DNA from: Conidiobolus incongruus B7586 | Taxonomy: Eukaryota | Reading direction: 5' to 3' | DNA length: 61,318 nucleotides | Assembly: GCA_000697335.1 (NCBI GenBank) | Contig: JNEM01008905.1 | Location: 1 to 61,318, forward strand | Shown here: positions 12,395-25,917 of the stretch, piece by piece | Layout of the letters: each line of letters begins with the position of its first letter | Numbering within the stretch: the stretch's first letter is position 1 | Translations under genes and position numbers: made by a program | Notes under the pieces: model-generated | The model's database searches: none | The model's input: the letters and a program-made list of their open reading frames with translations, nothing else | Told to the model about the DNA's origin: nothing

Positions 12395-14303
12395 TTACTC
12401 ATCAGTTACACATCCAAGGTTGGCAGGTTGGACATTTTTGATATATTTGTACAAAGTACCTCTAGAAGCCTTCAAAGGAGGGGGCGTCCATTGCTTTCTC
12501 CTGATTTCGAGCTCTTCGTCAGTGACATCAAATTGAATTTGCCTTGTTTCGGCATCGATGGTAACTCTGTCACCTGTCTTAATTAATGCAATATTGCCAC
12601 CAACTTGAGCTTCTGGAGCAATGTGTCCAATGATAAATCCATGACTACCTCCTGAGAATCTTCCATCTGTAAGCATAGCAACCTTGTCACCAAGTCCAGC
12701 ACCCATAATGGCACTAGTGGGAGTTAACATCTCAGGCATACCTGGACCACCCTTGGGACCTTCATAACGGATAACAATGACATCTCCCGCATGAATTTCT
12801 CCATCTTCAAGGGCTTTAAGCATTAACTCTTCACTGTCAAATACATTAGCGCGACCTTCAAAGCGCAAGCCTTCCTTGCCAGTGATTTTAGCGACGGCAC
12901 CATCGGGAGCGAGGTTACCATAAAGAATTTGAAGATGGCCAGTAGCCTTGATAGGATTGGAAACGGGTCTAATGATCTGCTGACCTTCCTTCAAACCAGG
13001 TAAATCTCTAAGATTTTCTTCAATAGTGCGACCAGTTACAGTCATGCAGTGGGGATGAATCCAGCCTTGTTCCATCAAGAATTTAAGAACTGCTGGAGTG
13101 CCTCCAATATCGTGCAGGTTTTCCATTACATATTTACCACTTGGTTTAAGGTCAGCCAATAAAGGAATTCTGTCGGATGTCCTTTGGAAATCGTCATAAG
13201 TAAGTTCGACACCAACAGCTCTGGCCATAGCGATTAAATGAAGCACAGCATTGGTAGAGCCTCCCAAAGCAGTGACAACAACCAAAGCGTTTTCGAAAGC
13301 TTCACGAGTCATAATTTTCTTGGGCGTAAGGTCAAGTTCCAATAATTTTTTGATAGCCTCGCCAGCTCTTTCACATTCTTTCATCTTCTCTTCACTAGTA
13401 GCAGGTGCTGAAGATGAATATGGAAGAGACATGCCCATTGCTTCAATTGCAGATGCCATGGTATTAGCAGTGTACATACCACCACAAGCACCAGCGCCTG
13501 GGCAAGCATGACGAATAACAGAAGCTCTTTCTTCTTCTGAGATTTTACCTGTAATATACTCACCATAGCATTGGAAAGCTGAGATAATATCTAAGGGTTG
13601 ATTGGGACGGAGGTCAGATTTACCTGGCTGAATAGTGCCCCCATATACCATGATACTAGGTCTGTTCACACGAGCCATAGCAATCAAACAACCAGGCATA
13701 TTTTTATCGCATCCAGGGATACTGATATTAGCATCGTAGTATTGACCACTCATAACCTGATAATCAAATTGAAATATAATATTAATTAAATAAACCTTAC
13801 TTTAGTATTTTATCAGACTTACAGTTTCGATACTATCAGCAATGATATCTCTCGATTGCAAGGAATAAGACATGCCATCAGTACCATTAGTCATACCATC
13901 ACTTACGCCAATAGTATTAAAGCGATAACCGACCAATCCAGCCTTTTGTACTCCCTTTTTCACACCCTCTGACAGAATATTTAAGTGCATATTACAGGGA
14001 TTGCCCTCATACCAACTAGATAACATAAGAAAATTGAACTATAATAGTATTTGATATATCACTTACACACTGGCAATACCCACTTGAGCTTTTTTCATAT
14101 CTTCAGGCTGTAAACCGGTAGCATACACTAATTCCAATTAATTCCTATTATAAAATGACAAAATAGAAACACTTACACATAGCTTGAGCAGCGCCTCTGG
14201 ATTTAGGTTCAGTCAACTGAGAACTGAACTTATTCAATTTGATCTCGCCCTCTTTGCCCTCACTAGGCTTAGTATTCACTTGGTTCGCTTGAGTAGCATT
14301 CAT
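12395..14303 (-). CDS. ILV3: Dihydroxy-acid dehydratase; exons 14303..14177, 14127..14067, 14015..13823, 13756..12395 (possible N-terminal extension, see findings)
   Basis: Spliced translation gives [80 protein letters not shown] and [11 protein letters not shown]. All three introns have GTAAGT donors. Confidence 0.96.
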
Positions 14304-16000
14304 ATTGAGTGATGATTTAGAACTTATAAAACTTCTCTCTAAATATAATCGTTTATGGTTTATTCATAATGTAAAACTGTGTAAATTACTTACGATAAAT
14401 AAATATTTTACTTCTGTAAAAAGGATATGCTCTGAGTTTAGTAAAGTTAAGATATTTAAGATTGAAAGATAGAGATTGAATTAAATTGAAATAAATATTA
14501 AAATATATTAGTAAAACCCAGTGATGTCAGGCATTGGATCTAATTTATTTGACAACTCATATTTTTAAGGGTTTCATAAAGTTGTGATTACTATATTGAG
14601 ATGATTAGATATGAGATTTACTATGTCATACTTTTTGTTATGGATTTTTAGCTTGAAATTTCCTTTTAATGGTCTTAAATTATAATCATATAATTAAAAT
14701 TTCATCAATCTGATTAAACTAGATTTTAATCTATAATTGTTATTTTTTTTATTAATCCCAAAGGATTTTAATATTTAATATTTTAATAAAATATAATTTA
14801 TAGACGACTAAATTAAAATATTTAAAATTGATAGGAATATATCTTATAATTATATCTTTTATAATATAATATACAATGAATTAATTTTAAAATATAATAA
14901 TATTCATATAATGAAAAACTCTGATCATAAACATTAATTGAATAAATTTTATACATATCTAAATATGGCAGATCAACACCGCATCAAATTTAGATTTCAT
15001 CCACTAATATCATTTTGAACTCCGAGTATATGGAAAACTTATTCTGCCTTAATTACCATACAAACGTTATCAACATTATTTTTTTTAAAATATTTTATTA
15101 CATTTATAAAGTATCATATACTTTCCTCAGTTAAATATTTTAAAAATACTGAATTAATTTATAAATATTTATAAATATTGATTAATATTTTAATTTTAAA
15201 AAATTGTAAATTTAGTAAAATTTGTATAAATTTTTTTTGTGATAAGGTTATCAGGTTATAACAATGGTCAACAGATCTATGACTAATCAGGTATCACTGA
15301 TGATCTCATTATTTAAAATTGTTCATAATATAAATATCTATCGATTAATTTAATTATTATTCAGTGTTTAAATATTTAATATTGTCATTGAAATAAATAA
15401 ATTGATTTGTTTTAAATATAATCCAATCGAATAGTATTAAAAATTCAAAAATATATTTAATAATACGCTTTAGAAGAATTAACAAAATTGAATGTTATTA
15501 TTTTCTGTGACTTGTATTTGTTACAAGACAGATATTGGATAATTTTATATAGTTTGTTTTGAAATCGATGCTAAGTTGAATCATTAGTTGTATTATCTAG
15601 TCATTAATATATATATTCCTTTAAACAAAAAGTACCAAGATATAATATCATTCAAAAATACCACTACAAGCACCCTACCAATAATTTATCCTAATCAACA
15701 ATCCCAAGCAATATCAAGCTGAAACAAATGAATACAATTGAGTTGCAAGTCCAGTCCCAATTAAGCCAAAATCCATTTGAAATAATTTACCAAGGTTAAA
15801 ATTCAAAAAATATTGATCAACTTAATTGATTCTTTTAAAGATTAATGACTTTCAAAAAATAACGATAAGAAAAATTTTCCTAATCACTAATACTGTATAA
15901 ATAATATTGAAAGTATTTAATGTTGAAATAGTTTGTAAATTTTTGTTGTGAAATAAAATTGGAAAGAGGATTGTTGAATAATAAAAATATTAAAAAAATT

Positions 16001-17764
16001 ATGATACCAAGGATAATTACATTAATAAGCTTGAATTGGCTAAAATATGCGGATTGTAATACGGTAATGCCTATAGTGCGACCGAGTGCACTCTTGAGCA
16101 AAGACACTTTGGTAGCCGTTACAAATTCTTCTTTACCAAACGGTCCAGATCCCATAGTGTTCTTCCGTATTAACAATCAGACGAACAGTGGTGGGATGGC
16201 GATGGGGGATCATCTGTCAATTAGCAACCATCAAATGCAACCATACACCCAACCAGTACTATTAGATTATGTTGATGGTCAAAATCACGGCTTCATAATA
16301 AAAGGTCTGGGGCTGGAATCACAGTCCCTGTACAAGTACAATAACTGGATTGGCGAAATTGATTTCAATAATTGGAATTACGACCCTAATCCCTCCAAAA
16401 TCATTCCCGCTCCTAACAATTTCCCGCAAAGTGGATTTTCGGCTACCGTGATACCAAAGAAACCCATCCAAGGTCAGGATTCTGTTATTTATATATTTGG
16501 GGGTTGGGTCAAGGATGGATCGGAGTTTGCACTGTCTAATGCTTTGATCAGTTATAACATTGCTAAAAGGGAGTGGAAGGATTTGAGTGATACTTTGAAA
16601 TATGTTGAAATTCCGAAGTTGGCATATCATACTGCTATTGCTGTGGATAACAGGTATGTTGTGATTCTGGGCGGTATGTCGTCTCAAGAATCTGGAGATA
16701 ATGGAACGTATCAGCCACTATCAAAGTTATTGATTTTTGATACAAAAGATATGAAATGGCAGTTGCCGAACCCTAAAAATCAGTCATGGTGTGCTCACAG
16801 GCCAATTGTGGGGCATAGTGCAGTGGAATTTAAAGGAAAAGTAGTAGTATATGGTGGCATCGATAGTACCAATTCCTATTCACTACCATATCCTGAACTT
16901 TGTATACTTGATCCAGTGAGTTGGGAATGGAAGGATGAATACGTATTGGACTCAGCGGGTAATCAATTTACAATAGGGGTTGCATGGCATGCTGCCATTG
17001 TAGCAAATAATAATATGATAGTATTATATGGTAAATTAAACTGATATATGGTTGCTATATAAAAGAGATATTAATTAAACTAATTAAACTAATTAGGGTC
17101 CAGTCAAAACCCGAGTAGTCCCATTATGACAATCGATCTGAACTCACACCAAATCACTGAAGCAATTGTGTTCAAGGGCTCTTTCAATCTGAATGAATCG
17201 ACCGACTCCAAGCCCAATATGGGCCTTATAGCGGGAACTTGGACTATTGCAGGCATTTTGGTATGTCTATTCAGTATCGGATTTTATCACTATATCATTA
17301 AACCAAAACGCTGGCGAAGGCTCTCAGCATCATCCCACTATCCCCAAGCTCCCAAGCGAGGAATATTTGGATCATTTTACAAGGACCCTCAAGGCCCTAA
17401 CACCCAAACACTACCTATTGAAACTGCGATATGGTCCGACAATCTCCGCACGGTTCACTCCGTGATCACATCCAAACAATATAATAACCAAATTATCAAT
17501 AATAACGATCAACTGCATCATCACACTAACCTCAGCCAATTCTTCCTGGAGGACAATGCAATTAACCAAGATCTGCTACAGCACGACGAGCCAAAATTCA
17601 TTGATATGGAGACGCAATTACACTCACACAACCATGCCAAAGAGAGCGAACTAGAACCCGGCAGTCAAATTATTAGCGATCGTACCTTTGTAAATAATGA
17701 CAATCGGGAATATCCCGACAAATTACTTATTGAAACAGAGGCTCAAGATACTTTGATCAATTAA
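16001..17764 (+). CDS. Type I membrane protein with extracellular Kelch/galactose-oxidase-type beta-propeller; exons 16001..17030 and 17097..17764
   Basis: Signal-like MIPRIITLISLNWLKYADC; Kelch motifs IYIFGG, YHTAIAVDNRYVVILGG, GHSAVEFKGKVVVYGG and WHAAIVANNNMIVLYG. A 66-nt intron joins the two listed ORFs in frame. Single TM (LIAGTWTIAGILVCLFSIGFY) followed by KPKRWRR. Confidence 0.88.
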
Positions 17765-17907
17765 TTATTTATTCAAATAAAATAGATTGCATTCAAAAAT
17801 GACCAGCTAAAAATATCATTTTATTCAATAGTTTTAATAATACAAACAAATGGAAATGGAAAAAATCAGGAATATAACTCGAAGAAAATGAGTCAATAGC
17901 ATTGGGA

Positions 17908-19452
17908 TTAGTGAGATCTGAAGCCGAAAAATCTACTGTAATTAGCCTGTAATTCTTTCATATTATTGGTGGCTGAATTACTCTTGGTCTCAGGTAATAT
18001 CTTGTAAATGATATAGATGCATCCTATGAGCATGACACCAAACAGGATGAATACATTGCCAGAGTAGGTGTCGTTAGCGCCGCCCAGAAATGTCTGGAGG
18101 GGTAAGAAGATGAGGCCAACAATAAAGTTGAAAAACAAATTGGTGGGGAGCGCTAGTGTGGACGCGGACGAGACTGAGGGCGTGTCGAACATTTCGGGTA
18201 GGAGGATGAATGGGAGGGGACCCAAGCCCAATGCGAAGGTACCTGTGGACCCAAAAATGGTGATGGCGCTAAGGTAGGGGTACTCAGCATTGCTGGCAAT
18301 TCCAAATAAGAGATTGAATACAGCCATGGAGACTCCAGATGCGAGTAAGAGAGTTCTTCTGCCCAGTTTGTCTACTAGTGGAGCACTCGCTAATGCAACG
18401 ACCAGTTGAACAATATTAATTAACATAGTAACGTATTTGGAAGTTGAGGGGAATGCAGGACTTAAAATATCCGTGGAATAGTACATGATCGCATTAATTC
18501 CTGAAACTTGCTGAGTGAAGTGAATAAACATAATCATAACCAAGCTGGGGAAATGATATGACGACTTCAACAACTCCTTGACCGATAATGACTGCTCCGT
18601 AGTAATAGTGTTTTGAGGAGTCTCTAAACTTTGGTAACCCTCAGGTGAAATGCTAATATTCTGCAGATCACTCAACTCCTCCTCGACATTCACAGTTGCT
18701 CTCAAGTACTGAAGTGCTTTTTCAGCTTCAATATACCCGTTGGGTTTGGATAATAAGTAAACGGGAGATTCCGGCGCCTTGGAAAAAAATATTAATTGGG
18801 AAATGGACAAGACAATATTCACCATAAAGATATACCGCCAATGATCCATATTGGTTAGTAGGATACCAAACACCTGCGCTAAAATGATACCGGTGACGAT
18901 ACCTATTTGGTTGAGCATACCAATAGTACCCTTCAAATTCTGGGGTGAAATTTCATTCAGGTACACTGGAACTACCACGAGACCAACACCAGCTGCCAGT
19001 CCCACCAAAAGTCTTCCTGTGAACATAGCGCGAGCGTTGGACGCTAACGCAATTGCCAGAGAACCCGACAATAGTAGTACATTGTTCCAGAATAGGGCGC
19101 CTTTACGTCCTAGTTTTTCCATAGCTTGAGCTCCTAGAATGGAGCCTACAACCCCACCCAAAGGAAATATGGAAGTCACCAAAGAAAATTCGAATTGGGA
19201 CAGTTTGAAACATGGTGGTAAAAATTCTAACACTGTTGGGACCTCCTTGGTGGGACAGTTCAATAAGATTGATGACGGAGTATTCAACTCACCAGTGTGG
19301 TAACCAAATTGGAGAGAAGTGAGTGCTGCAACCACCGCTGAGACTATGAGAGGGATAGTAAATTGGAATTTGCTGCTGTCGCTACTCTGGTTAATGTTAT
19401 CGAATTGTCTGTTAAAAGACACGTAACCGTTAAAATCTGGATTTTCTGACAT
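17908..19452 (-). CDS. MFS sugar porter, vacuolar Vps73/YBR241C-like (copy 1)
   Basis: 514 aa with about 12 TMs; QFGYHTGELN, EKLGRK, VPVYLNEISP, PESP, QQVSGINAIMYYS, DKLGRR, GLGPLPF and PETK motifs. Confidence 0.93.
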   Translation of the reverse strand: MSENPDFNGYVSFNRQFDNINQSSDSSKFQFTIPLIVSAVVAALTSLQFGYHTGELNTPSSILLNCPTKEVPTVLEFLPPCFKLSQFEFSLVTSIFPLGGVVGSILGAQAMEKLGRKGALFWNNVLLLSGSLAIALASNARAMFTGRLLVGLAAGVGLVVVPVYLNEISPQNLKGTIGMLNQIGIVTGIILAQVFGILLTNMDHWRYIFMVNIVLSISQLIFFSKAPESPVYLLSKPNGYIEAEKALQYLRATVNVEEELSDLQNISISPEGYQSLETPQNTITTEQSLSVKELLKSSYHFPSLVMIMFIHFTQQVSGINAIMYYSTDILSPAFPSTSKYVTMLINIVQLVVALASAPLVDKLGRRTLLLASGVSMAVFNLLFGIASNAEYPYLSAITIFGSTGTFALGLGPLPFILLPEMFDTPSVSSASTLALPTNLFFNFIVGLIFLPLQTFLGGANDTYSGNVFILFGVMLIGCIYIIYKILPETKSNSATNNMKELQANYSRFFGFRSH

Positions 19453-20929
19453 GTATTTGTTTTAAAAAATAACTGAATACATTGATTGTGATATTAATTT
19501 AATTTAAATAGATTAATTATGGGTCTATTCATTATGGATTGATGAATGACTGCTAATTTCCTGAAAATGATAATGTGATCACCTTTTATTAGATTAAAAT
19601 GGGTTAATTATTGAGATCAGTTCATTTTGGCTCATACATCGAAACCCTTCATAGATTGCCCAACAAGCAAAAATATTTTTTCAAAATTATATATAATTAT
19701 TTTATTAAATATATGTTCATTGATATTCTAAATATTATGGTATTGCCTTTAAATTTTGGATAAATTTGAGGATATCTGAATTGTTCAAGATTAATGACAG
19801 TTGAATTAAAAATTATCTATAATAAAAATGACAATATTGCTAAATTTCAACTAAGGGAAGCGTTGTTTGTAAAGTTGAATAGATTTGAAAATATATCATA
19901 AAATGGGATGGCATCCTTCATCATATTTTTTTTGATTCTAGTAATTGAATTATTCTATCAATTATAAATGATAAAACTCTGCTATATTATAAAACTTGAC
20001 CATGAAATTTTATTGAAACTGCTTGATTTAAATAAAAACTAAATATTGGAACCAATTAGAATTATAATGAGAATACAACATAAATTATAATTATCAATTT
20101 TAATAAAGATATTTTTTTAATATTGAAAAATTAAAAGAAATAAATCTTAATATTAAGGTATAATATACATATTAATTTGGTTAAAATATTTCATTTATTA
20201 TGATTATTGTACTAATAAAATTAGAATAGTTTGGAAATTATATCAATATTAATATTAAAATAAAATTATACATTCCCTCTAATTATAATCATTATTTTAT
20301 TATCAATCATATAATCTATAATCTAAGAAAATTTACTGAATTATACGATAAATAAATTATCACCAAATATTATTTTCAAAATTTTATTCAATGAAAAGAA
20401 TCATAGATATACGATGTTTAATTAGAATCGATTTTATTAATTTGATTAAATTTGAAAACTTATGAGATTTCAATGTTATACAATTCATTTAAGTTACAAA
20501 TTTTTCATATTAAAAAAATACTTATAAATTTTTCAACCAATGAATTGGTTGAAATATAAATTTAATTTTTTTTTAGATTTTAAACTATTTAATAAAATAA
20601 TTTGATTTTGTTGTATTTTTAAACATATTTGAATATGATCATCAGGTTAAACTAATGAAATCAAATTTATAACCCATAAAAATTTTACCTTTTAAAATTC
20701 ATTTAAATGGTAATAACAGTCATAAACCGAAAAATCACTCAAAAAATTTCAAATCCTAAAAATTCATTTTGATTTAATATTAATTCAATATTTATACTAA
20801 AACAAGACAGAAAAATACTTTATTGTGGATTAATTATTATTAAATAATTTATTTTTATTTAATTGAATATTTTTATCATTTTAAATTTTTAATTAAATCT
20901 TATACAAATTGTATTAATAAATATTGAAA

Positions 20930-23900
20930 ATGGATGACGACCAACGAGATAGAGATCCCGAAGTAACTTAATAGCACATTTCAAAGCACCTCTAAACTAA
21001 TCCCCTCTTAGATAGCTTCTGTTTACAACCAACTGGTTATTGAGAACAAAGTGAAGTTAGGCATTCAAAATATGTTACAAGCTCACGATACATTTAAGAA
21101 GGGGGATGTGACGAACAAGCAGAAGATGGAGCAAGAGCTGATAACGAGTAACAACAAGTTGGCAGCGTTGACGAAAGAGTTGGAAATAAGGCAAAAGATG
21201 CAGAGTTCCAAAAAAAGTAAATTTTAAATTTCGTAATTATTATTCAACATTAATTGGGTTAGGTCGTCCCGCCAGTTTATCTTTTGGATCTCAGCCCGAT
21301 TTAAGTGAATTTAAAAATAAAGGTAAACATCATCAATTCATATTGTGGAATTATCAATATTCAATAAGTGTTAGATTTAGAGACAAATATCCACTACATC
21401 ATAGACAACCTTAGTAAGAGAGGTGGGGACAGTAACATTAAAATTCTATTTCTCAAGAAGGTGAACTACTGGTTGGAAACTACAAATCCCGAATTACAAC
21501 ATCACCAGTTGCAACTATTCACATGGTAATATATGTATTGTTATCATATAATTGGTATTAATTATACCCAAAGCCTTAGAAATTTGCTCTTCGAATCCTC
21601 CAAAGATCTCAGATGTTTAGCTCTCAAAACCTTTTTTCAATTATTACTGGATGAAGGTTCTATTCAAGATTTTTTTGATTTGAGAGTGGATTTCTTTTTA
21701 ATAAGGTATTCTTCAAAATTCGATCAATCTACAGTACCATTAATACTCTTCAGATTTTTAACTACTTCTATTCAATGGGAGCCCGAAAGAGAACAGAGTA
21801 TTAAAATTATTAGAAAAATTTCGTCATTTGCCAAATCCAATGGAAAATCGTTTCGAGGTTTGGTGAGTGTTTTAATCGCTATAGCGGATCAGCCAGATGA
21901 TAAGTTTAGGATTAGTGCAATTGAATTGTTGTGTGAATTGAGTAATTTCAACCATATCAATTAGGAAATATTAAAATTAATTGATTATATTTAGTCGTTT
22001 GGAACCCCCAACTCGTAGTACAAACTGGAGGTATTCGTATCATATTAAATTCATTGTTCGATATACCTCTAGAATTATCGAGATCTATTTTACAAATTCT
22101 ACTCGTGTTATTAGATTGTCCTAGTAGTCGCAAATACATTCAACCAGGTTACGATTTTGAAGTAAATCGAATGATATTTACTATAGTATGATTATTAATA
22201 TATTGATATAGACCATTTTATCAGTATTTTTTGAAACCGATACCAAAACTGAAGTATTTGAAGATCGATTAAAAACAGCTGCCACGTTGACGAAAGATTT
22301 GCTAAGATCTTGGAATGGTAAAAGATAATATACATAAAATAATTCAATGAAAATTAATTTTTTATAATAGGTATTATGTATCTATGTCTTAATAATCGTC
22401 AAGGCTTCAAATATTTAATCCAATCTTTTCACACCAATTCTCAAACTATCTTGGTAAATATTACCATATAGTTAACTTAATGTTTAATTAATTTTAATTT
22501 AGAAAACTTTATTAAACATATTTTTCGAAATTTTCGATTTAACATTGCCTGATTGGCATTTAGATGAAAATTCAACTCCTGGTAAATTTTTAGTAATTTT
22601 ATTTATTGAATTTGTTAATAATTTATAGAATATGAATCTAACAAATTAAACATTGACAAGAATACGAAATTGAGTTTAGTGGACCAGTACCATTCCATTT
22701 TGTTGCAATTATTGTTCGATGCAGGGATATTTGAAGTAAATTCACAATATTTCTATTTATTACAATAATCGACTAATTTCAACTCATTTATTAGAAACTA
22801 ATCCATCTTCTCAAATCACAATCCTCCGAAATTAAATTTTATACCATTATATTACTTGCCGAGCTCCTCAAACTTTCGAATCATTTTCATTTCGATGAAT
22901 TGATAATACCCATTCAAGTAATTTAATATTATTTTAGCTGATTATAAATTGATTAATCTTTGAGATAGTCGTTGCCGTCCCTTTTGGAATTGAGTCTCAA
23001 TTTTCGAGATAAATTACTAAGGCACGAAGCCACTTCTGCTCTTACAAAAATCGACGAAGCTAATATGAATTTTTTGAGGAGTGTAAATTCAGAATTGTAT
23101 TATCCTTCCCTTGGGTAATTTTTATTTTATTGTATTATAACTTTTGCTAATTGTCAATTAGCACAATGACTATTACCCCACATGGTCAAAAGTATATTGC
23201 GGGTATTAAGAGACAAGTGGGAGGTCAAATTGATGAGAATCACTTTAGAGCGATGCTAACTGAAACTCAAGTAATTCCATTTATCTATTTACATCAATAC
23301 ATTATACATTTATTCACAATTGGCTAGGTTCTGATTGATAGAGATTTCTACAAATGGAATTTTGATATTATTTTGGAACTCTTGCAAGGTCCTCTATTAA
23401 ATAGTAAACGCTTGGACGAAGCTATCAAAAATACCAAATTTATTAAACGTCTCCTTCAGTTCTTTTCCCCATCGTCTAAAATGTTTTCGGAGATAAAGAA
23501 TTTAAAGGTAATCTTAATAAAAAGAGATAGTTGGATTAAGAACTGATACTGTGAATTTTAGTATAATCACAAGTACGTCCAAGTCGGATGCGAATTAATG
23601 TACACTCTATTAGCAAATCCTGAAGGTGTAAAATATTTGATGGAGAATGAATTTTTAGCTCAACTTAGGGATGCTTTGAACGAATTGGATCCAGTAATTC
23701 TTACCTATATATCGTAATTCATATATTAATTTTAATTAGATTCACGGTTCCGGCACTTCCGAACCCTTATTCTCATCGGATAAAATGAAATATACGCTGA
23801 CCTCCAGTTATTTTATATTACTGGGTGCTTTGAGTAAATATAAAACAGGGATCAGGTCCATTGTATTATTTTTATAATGAATATCAATTAATTTATTTTT

Positions 23901-25917
23901 TTTTGGTATATAGAGTATTAGAAAAATTTCGCATTTTTGACGCTTTTTACCATTTGAGCGAAGGCAAGAGTAGAGACGATTTAACTAAAGCGATAATTAC
24001 TAGCTTAGATTATAGAACGTAAATTATAGTGAATTTAATTTATTTTGAATTAATAGATTAATGGAGTTTAGGGAGGGTCATCCTCACTGTATTTTATCAA
24101 AAATTTTAACCTCTGCATACAAAGTAACTCATTATGAAAATCTATTAAAATATAATATTAATTAAGTTTTTTTAGCATATGCGACTATTCGCTACCAACT
24201 ATCTTCGAGTTTTATTGAGGTCTAACGTCAAAGGTTTCAATGAATGGGGTATTCGACTTTTAATCACCCAAGTAATTATTTTATAGATTATTATCTCACA
24301 ACTCTAACATTCTATAGTTGTACGATCCCTCCATAGAAGTATGTGAAATGGCAGTATTAGTATTAGATGAAGCATGTATTAACGAAGAGAACTTGAATAC
24401 TTTGGTGAATTTGAAACCCAAGATGAGTCATTTGGATTTTGCAGCTGATACTTTATTGTTAAGGTATTTCATTGGTGAACTTTACGACATTGATTTTAAC
24501 AATTATTGGTACTAGATATTTGTCAACATCAGAAGGTTTGAATTATTTGTTAGATTTAGATTATGTGGATAAGCAGATGGATTTGTGGTTTCAAGTAAAT
24601 TTTATTCACTTTATTATATTTTATTTGATAATTAATGAATCGTTTTAGGACCGTAATCAACATTATGTCACCCGTATCGAATTAAGTTTAGCTAGAGCTT
24701 TAAATACTACCGAAGCCGATCCCGAAACTTCGTTGTGGTTTGATGAAAAATATACTAAAATGTTGGATGATCCCGAAAAAATGTAAATTTCATTTATATT
24801 AGAATTCAATCCCATACTCATCCATGATTTAGGCCTAAATTAGATGGTGTCATATTCCCCCACTTCTACGGCCAACTCACTAAAACTTCCAAGGGTTGTG
24901 ATATCCTCAAAGCCAAAGGTCATTTGAAATACTTCTGCAATTTCGTTTTGAATCATAAAGACGAGTGCGTAGATAGCCAAATTATTATGAATTTGAAATC
25001 GAATTTGTGGACTTTGGTAAATTCATTTAATTATTCTAGTGATGACTATTAATTGTGGTTAGGGTCACATTGGAGCTTCCGAAACTGGATTGGGATTGCT
25101 GTGCTCCTGCGATGTAATTAGGTCTATCGTTTGGATCTCGAAGAAGTCCGAGGTTTTCTCGTTGAGAGGGTATTTCCATTATTCTATGCCTATCATTACA
25201 TATTGACCTTGTCTTTTAGTACTGCATTCTTTGTACTCGGCCTCATATCGAGTACGAGTGTGGGAAGTTCCCTACTCAAAGATATTCAATCCGAATTTGC
25301 ACCGGATTTTGGGAGTCTTCAAATCGGACTTCAACCATCACATCACACTAATAATGATCATTTAATTAATGTAAAATCCCATAAACATCATTAATCATAG
25401 GCATTGATTTCATTTTGAATTAGGTGCCCAAATGGAAGTACGAAGGGTTTTCAACACCTATAGACTCTATCCTTTTATCATCTTCATCTAATGACCCCAT
25501 CGAGCAAGAGATTTTAGAGGCAATTGGAAATTTGACGAATCAAGTACTAATTACGCAGGCTATTAAAAATCTAATCAGGTAATGAATATACTCCCATCCA
25601 CAATTTGCATATATTCACAACTGCTATCTAGACTAAAATCAAGTCACCCCTCCAAATTCAAACAATCGAAACTCCTAATCACCGCCAATGAACTGATGAA
25701 CCACTACAAATTCAAGCTAACGGTCCGTCAATTCCTGCAAGATCTTTTCGACGTAGAAATTACTTCCAATTTCTTCCAAATTTGGAATGCTTCGTCTCCC
25801 ACCTCGCTAACGCCACCCACCCATAAACCGCACAATTCCCTCCAGTTGTACACCCCCATCAACCAGTACAATTCCCTCAGGATTGGCATGAATCGAGCGA
25901 GGAAGGGTACTTTGTAA
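20930..25917 (+). CDS. RICTOR: Rictor / Avo3 (TORC2 subunit) with N-terminal HR1-like coil; ~28 exons
   Basis: ATG at 20930 (MDDDQRDRDPE), then about 27 short GT-AG introns. Exon peptides: ENKVKLGIQNML (HR1-like), EREQSIKIIRK, DDKFRISAIELLCEL, WGIRLLITQ/LYDPSIEVCEMAVLVLDEAC, PHFYGQLTKTSKGC, LKSNLWTL/GHIGASETG and SLR/GTAFFVLGLISST. Stop at 25915-25917. Confidence 0.93.

Noticed and set aside
21706..21753. Possible U12-type intron in Rictor (GTATTCTT donor, ccattaat near the 3' end)
   Set aside because: It mismatches the strict GTATCCTT and TCCTTAAC consensus, and other GTATT donors here look like ordinary U2 introns.
21533..25917. Separate small ORFs at 21533, 21957, 24318, 25131 and 25582
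   Set aside because: They are exon pieces or intron read-throughs (21957 is an antisense shadow) of the single Rictor gene.
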